From the NCBI RefSeq assembly GCF_001677475.2, contig NZ_CP015229.1: 64,000 nt of DNA. One strand, given 5' to 3'. The translations under genes were made by a program, and so were the position numbers. Below are positions 60,864 to 64,000 of this stretch, piece by piece; within the stretch, counting starts at the first letter, position 1; each line of letters begins with the position of its first letter. The DNA is from Escherichia coli. GTDB taxonomy: Bacteria; Pseudomonadota; Gammaproteobacteria; Enterobacterales; Enterobacteriaceae. The notes below the pieces were generated by a model, which had not been told where the DNA came from, searched no databases, and saw nothing but the letters and a program-made list of their open reading frames with translations.

Positions 60864-63598
60864 CATCCCTCCTGTTTTTTCAGCAGCAGGATGCTTAAGC
60901 CCATCACCAGCGGGATGGCTATCAGCAACGGGATAAAAAGTTGCCACAAATCAGTCAGATCCAGCGCTTTCGAGAACGTCCCGCGGGCGATAGTCAGAAA
61001 ATGACTGGTCGGGTAAACCTCGCCGATCCAACGTCCTGGACCTTCCAGCGAAGCTACCGGATCGATCATCCCGGAAAACTGCGTCGCCGGGATCAACGTG
61101 ATAATCGCCGTTCCGAAAATGGCGGCAATCTGGCTTTTCATAAAGGTGGAGATCAGCAGCCCCATTCCGGTGGCGATGATGATATACAGCAGCGCCGCCA
61201 GGGTGAGCGTCAGGAAACTGCCTTTATGCGGTACGCCAAACACAAACACCGACAGGCCGCAGAGCAGGAAAAAGTTCAGCATCCCCAGCGCGATGTACGG
61301 TAGCTGTTTGCCAAGCAAAAATTCGCTACGGGTGGTGGGAGTCACGTAAAGGTTGATAATCGACCCCAACTCTTTTTCCCGCACCACGCTAAGGGCGCTT
61401 AGCATTGACGGGATCATCATCAGCAGAAGCGGGATCACCGCCGGAACAATCGCTGGCAGGCTTTTTACGTCCGGGTTATAGCGATAGCGCGTCTCAATGT
61501 TCATCAGCCCGCTTTGGCTGGAGGGTGTGGATTGTCGGCTCGCCACATCCTGTAGCCAGCTCTGGTGCATAGCCTGCACGTAACCTTTTACCGTTTCGGC
61601 ACGGCTCGGCATCGCACCGTCAATCCAGACACCGAGTTCCACAGGCGTACCACGCGCGATATCGCGCCCGAAATTGGGTGGAATCTCAATCGCCACCGTG
61701 ATATCGCCCGCACGCATCCGACGATCAAGTTCGTCATAACTGGTGAGCGGCGGCTGTTCGATAAAATAACGGGAACCGGAGAGATTGAGCGTCCACGCCT
61801 GGCTACTGACGGTCTGGTCGCGATCAAGCACCGCAAAGCGCAGATTTTCCACATCCATACTGATGCCGTAACCCATTATCAGCATCAGGATCACCGTTCC
61901 CATCAGCGCCAGCGTCGAACGTACCGGATCGCGGCGCAGTTCCAGTGCTTCGCGACGGCTGTAGCTAAACAGACGGCGCAGGCTAAATCCCTGACGCGGC
62001 GCGTGGGTGGTGTCGTGTATCACGGGCGGCGCTTCGGCTTCGTTGCTCTGCCCTGCCGCTTCCTGCAAATAGGCGATAAATGCCTCTTCCAGACTGGCGG
62101 CTTCGCGTTTCTCAACCAGTTCCTGCGGTGTACCGCTGGCGAGCACTTTTCCGGCGTGCATCAGTGAGATACGGTCGCAACGTTCCGCTTCGTTCATAAA
62201 GTGGGTGGAGATGAAGATAGTCACTTTGTCCTGGCGCGAGAGATCGACCATCAACTGCCAGAACATATCCCTCGCCACCGGATCGACGCCAGAAGTAGGC
62301 TCATCGAGGATTAACATCTCCGGGCGATGAATCACCGCCACCGCCAGCGAAAGCCGCTGGCGAATGCCGAGCGGCAATGACTCCGGCAGAACATCTTCAA
62401 CGTCGTTGAGCTTAAAACGCTCGCTCATTTCAGCCACTCTTGCGGGAATTTCCGCTTCCGGGATGTGAAATAAACGGGCATGTAACTCAAGGTTTTGCCG
62501 CACGGTGAGTTCGTTATAGAGCGAAAACGCCTGCGACATATAGCCTACCCGACGGCGAGTATCGATATCTTTTGGATCAACCGGTTGCCCGAACAGCCAC
62601 GCCTCACCTTCGCTGGCGGGCAGCAGCCCAGTAAGCATTTTCATGGTGGTGGATTTACCGCAGCCGTTCGAACCAAGAAAACCAAAAATCTCCCCGCGTG
62701 GAATGCGGAAATTGACGTGATCAACGGCAACGAAGGAACCAAAACGCATGGTCAGATCGCGCGCTTCGATGGCAATCTCTGCGTTTTCAGGTTGATATGG
62801 TGGGATCACTACCGCCTGATGCGCCTGGCGTTGCGCTTGCGGTAACAGATTTATAAATGCTTCTTCCAGCGTGGCGCTTTGCGTTTGCTGCCGCAGCTCT
62901 TCGGCGCTGCCGGTTGCCAGCACTTCTCCGGCATTCATCGCTACCAGCCAGTCGAAGCGTTCGGCCTCTTCCATGTAGGCGGTGGCGACCAGCACGCTCA
63001 TATTGCTCTGCCGCTGGCGAATACTGTCGATCAGATCCCAGAACTGGGCACGAGAGAGCGGGTCAACCCCCGTTGTTGGTTCATCAAGAATCAACAGTTC
63101 CGGGTCGTGGATTAACGCACAGCACAGCCCAAGTTTTTGCTTCATCCCGCCGGAGAGTTTCCCTGCCGGACGATCGCGAAACGGTGCTAACCCGGTGCTG
63201 GTCAGCAGCTCATTAATTCGGACTTCCCGCTCCGCTTTGTCGTGGCCAAACAGGCGGGCGAAAAAATCGACGTTTTCATACACCGACAAGGTGTGGTAGA
63301 GATTTTTTCCCAGCCCCTGCGGCATCCAGGCGATGCGCGGGCAGACGTCGCGGCGATGCTTCGGGTCGCGCATATCGCCGCCCAGCACGATCACGTTGCC
63401 CTGCTCAATGACGCGGGCACCGGAAATCAGCGATAACAAACTCGACTTCCCGACGCCGTCCGGGCCAATCAGCCCGACCATGCAGCGTGCCGGAATATCG
63501 AGAGTGATATTGTTCAGCGCAACGGTTTTTCCATAATGCTGGCTCACGCCCGCCAGTTGCGCGACAGGCGGAACGGGAACCAGTTCCAGATGCGTCAT
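60863..63598 (-). CDS. rbbA: Ribosome-associated ATPase RbbA (two ABC ATPase domains fused to an ABC-2 permease)
   Basis: 911-aa ORF; two Walker A motifs ([18 protein letters not shown]) and C-terminal TM domain. Confidence 0.9.
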   Translation of the reverse strand: MTHLELVPVPPVAQLAGVSQHYGKTVALNNITLDIPARCMVGLIGPDGVGKSSLLSLISGARVIEQGNVIVLGGDMRDPKHRRDVCPRIAWMPQGLGKNLYHTLSVYENVDFFARLFGHDKAEREVRINELLTSTGLAPFRDRPAGKLSGGMKQKLGLCCALIHDPELLILDEPTTGVDPLSRAQFWDLIDSIRQRQSNMSVLVATAYMEEAERFDWLVAMNAGEVLATGSAEELRQQTQSATLEEAFINLLPQAQRQAHQAVVIPPYQPENAEIAIEARDLTMRFGSFVAVDHVNFRIPRGEIFGFLGSNGCGKSTTMKMLTGLLPASEGEAWLFGQPVDPKDIDTRRRVGYMSQAFSLYNELTVRQNLELHARLFHIPEAEIPARVAEMSERFKLNDVEDVLPESLPLGIRQRLSLAVAVIHRPEMLILDEPTSGVDPVARDMFWQLMVDLSRQDKVTIFISTHFMNEAERCDRISLMHAGKVLASGTPQELVEKREAASLEEAFIAYLQEAAGQSNEAEAPPVIHDTTHAPRQGFSLRRLFSYSRREALELRRDPVRSTLALMGTVILMLIMGYGISMDVENLRFAVLDRDQTVSSQAWTLNLSGSRYFIEQPPLTSYDELDRRMRAGDITVAIEIPPNFGRDIARGTPVELGVWIDGAMPSRAETVKGYVQAMHQSWLQDVASRQSTPSSQSGLMNIETRYRYNPDVKSLPAIVPAVIPLLLMMIPSMLSALSVVREKELGSIINLYVTPTTRSEFLLGKQLPYIALGMLNFFLLCGLSVFVFGVPHKGSFLTLTLAALLYIIIATGMGLLISTFMKSQIAAIFGTAIITLIPATQFSGMIDPVASLEGPGRWIGEVYPTSHFLTIARGTFSKALDLTDLWQLFIPLLIAIPLVMGLSILLLKKQEG

Positions 63599-64000
63599 TG
63601 CGGCAACCTCACCACCAGGTCTTCAGGCCACGGACGTTCTTCGTTCACCCGCACCCACGCTACGCCCGGCAAACCGGTTTTGACATATTCCAGATGTTGC
63701 TGGAGTAATTCCGGTGGGATACGCGCTTTGACGCGGAACATCAGTTTCAGCCGTTCATCGCTGGTTTCGACAGTTTTTGGCGTGAACTGGGCGACGCTGG
63801 CGACAAAACTGATGGTCGCAGGAATACGCAGATCTGGCGCGGCATCGAGGATCAGCCGTGCTTCGCCGCCTAGTTTCAGCGTACCCGCCTGTTCGGTTGG
63901 CAGGAAGAAGGTCATATAAACGTCGCTCAGATCGACCATATTCAGCACCCGACCGCCTGCCGCCAGCACTTCGCCTGGCTCGGCAACCCGATACTGCACG
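63595..64000 (-). CDS. yhiI: HlyD-family membrane-fusion protein YhiI, C-terminal part (5' end outside window)
   Basis: Open minus-strand frame to window edge ending at a stop overlapping the rbbA start; sequence typical of the MFP beta-barrel and C-terminal region. Confidence 0.7.
   Translation of the reverse strand, partial: VQYRVAEPGEVLAAGGRVLNMVDLSDVYMTFFLPTEQAGTLKLGGEARLILDAAPDLRIPATISFVASVAQFTPKTVETSDERLKLMFRVKARIPPELLQQHLEYVKTGLPGVAWVRVNEERPWPEDLVVRLPQ

Noticed and set aside
59863-62167. 183-aa and 200-aa plus-strand ORFs
   Set aside because: Antisense to yhhJ and rbbA; no motifs.

Overview
This window is an enterobacterial (Escherichia coli-type) chromosomal segment, syntenic with the K-12 region rtcR'–glpRGE/glpD–glgPACXB–asd–yhgN–gntUKR–yhhWX–ryhB–yhhY–ggt–yhhA–ugpQCEAB–livFGMHK–panM–livJ–rpoH–ftsXEY–rsmD–yhhLMN–zntA–tusA–yhhQ–dcrB–yhhS–yhhT–acpT–nikABCDE/nikR–yhhJ–rbbA–yhiI'. 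Gene identities are assigned from the translated ORFs by recognition, not by database search. Where the track ORF starts at an upstream in-frame codon, I trimmed the start to the conserved N-terminus; the track evidently uses ATG/GTG/TTG starts. Three places depart from the K-12 layout as I remember it. (1) About 3.7 kb of AT-rich DNA sits between the glpD terminator and the glgP terminator and carries a tightly coupled four-gene minus-strand operon: a polytopic membrane protein fused to a PstS-like periplasmic binding domain, a cysteine-cluster protein, a protein with no recognisable family, and a small multi-pass membrane protein. I cannot assign it a function, and it is the best candidate for an undescribed system in this window. 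(2) Between panM and livJ there is an apparently intact DUF1778-type antitoxin gene followed in frame by only the last ~60 codons of a GNAT-type toxin. (3) yhhY and ggt are directly adjacent, sharing one hairpin, with none of the yhhZ/yrhA/IS1/yrhB material present in K-12. Regulatory elements readable in the sequence include the ryhB sRNA with its Fur box, GlpR, GntR and NikR operators, a ZntR/MerR-type promoter palindrome, a DnaA box upstream of rpoH, REP/BIME repeats, and a ~42-bp GC-rich repeat in two inverted copies. No CRISPR array, tRNA, rRNA or intact IS element was seen. Coordinates of short motifs were counted by hand and may be off by 1–3 nt.
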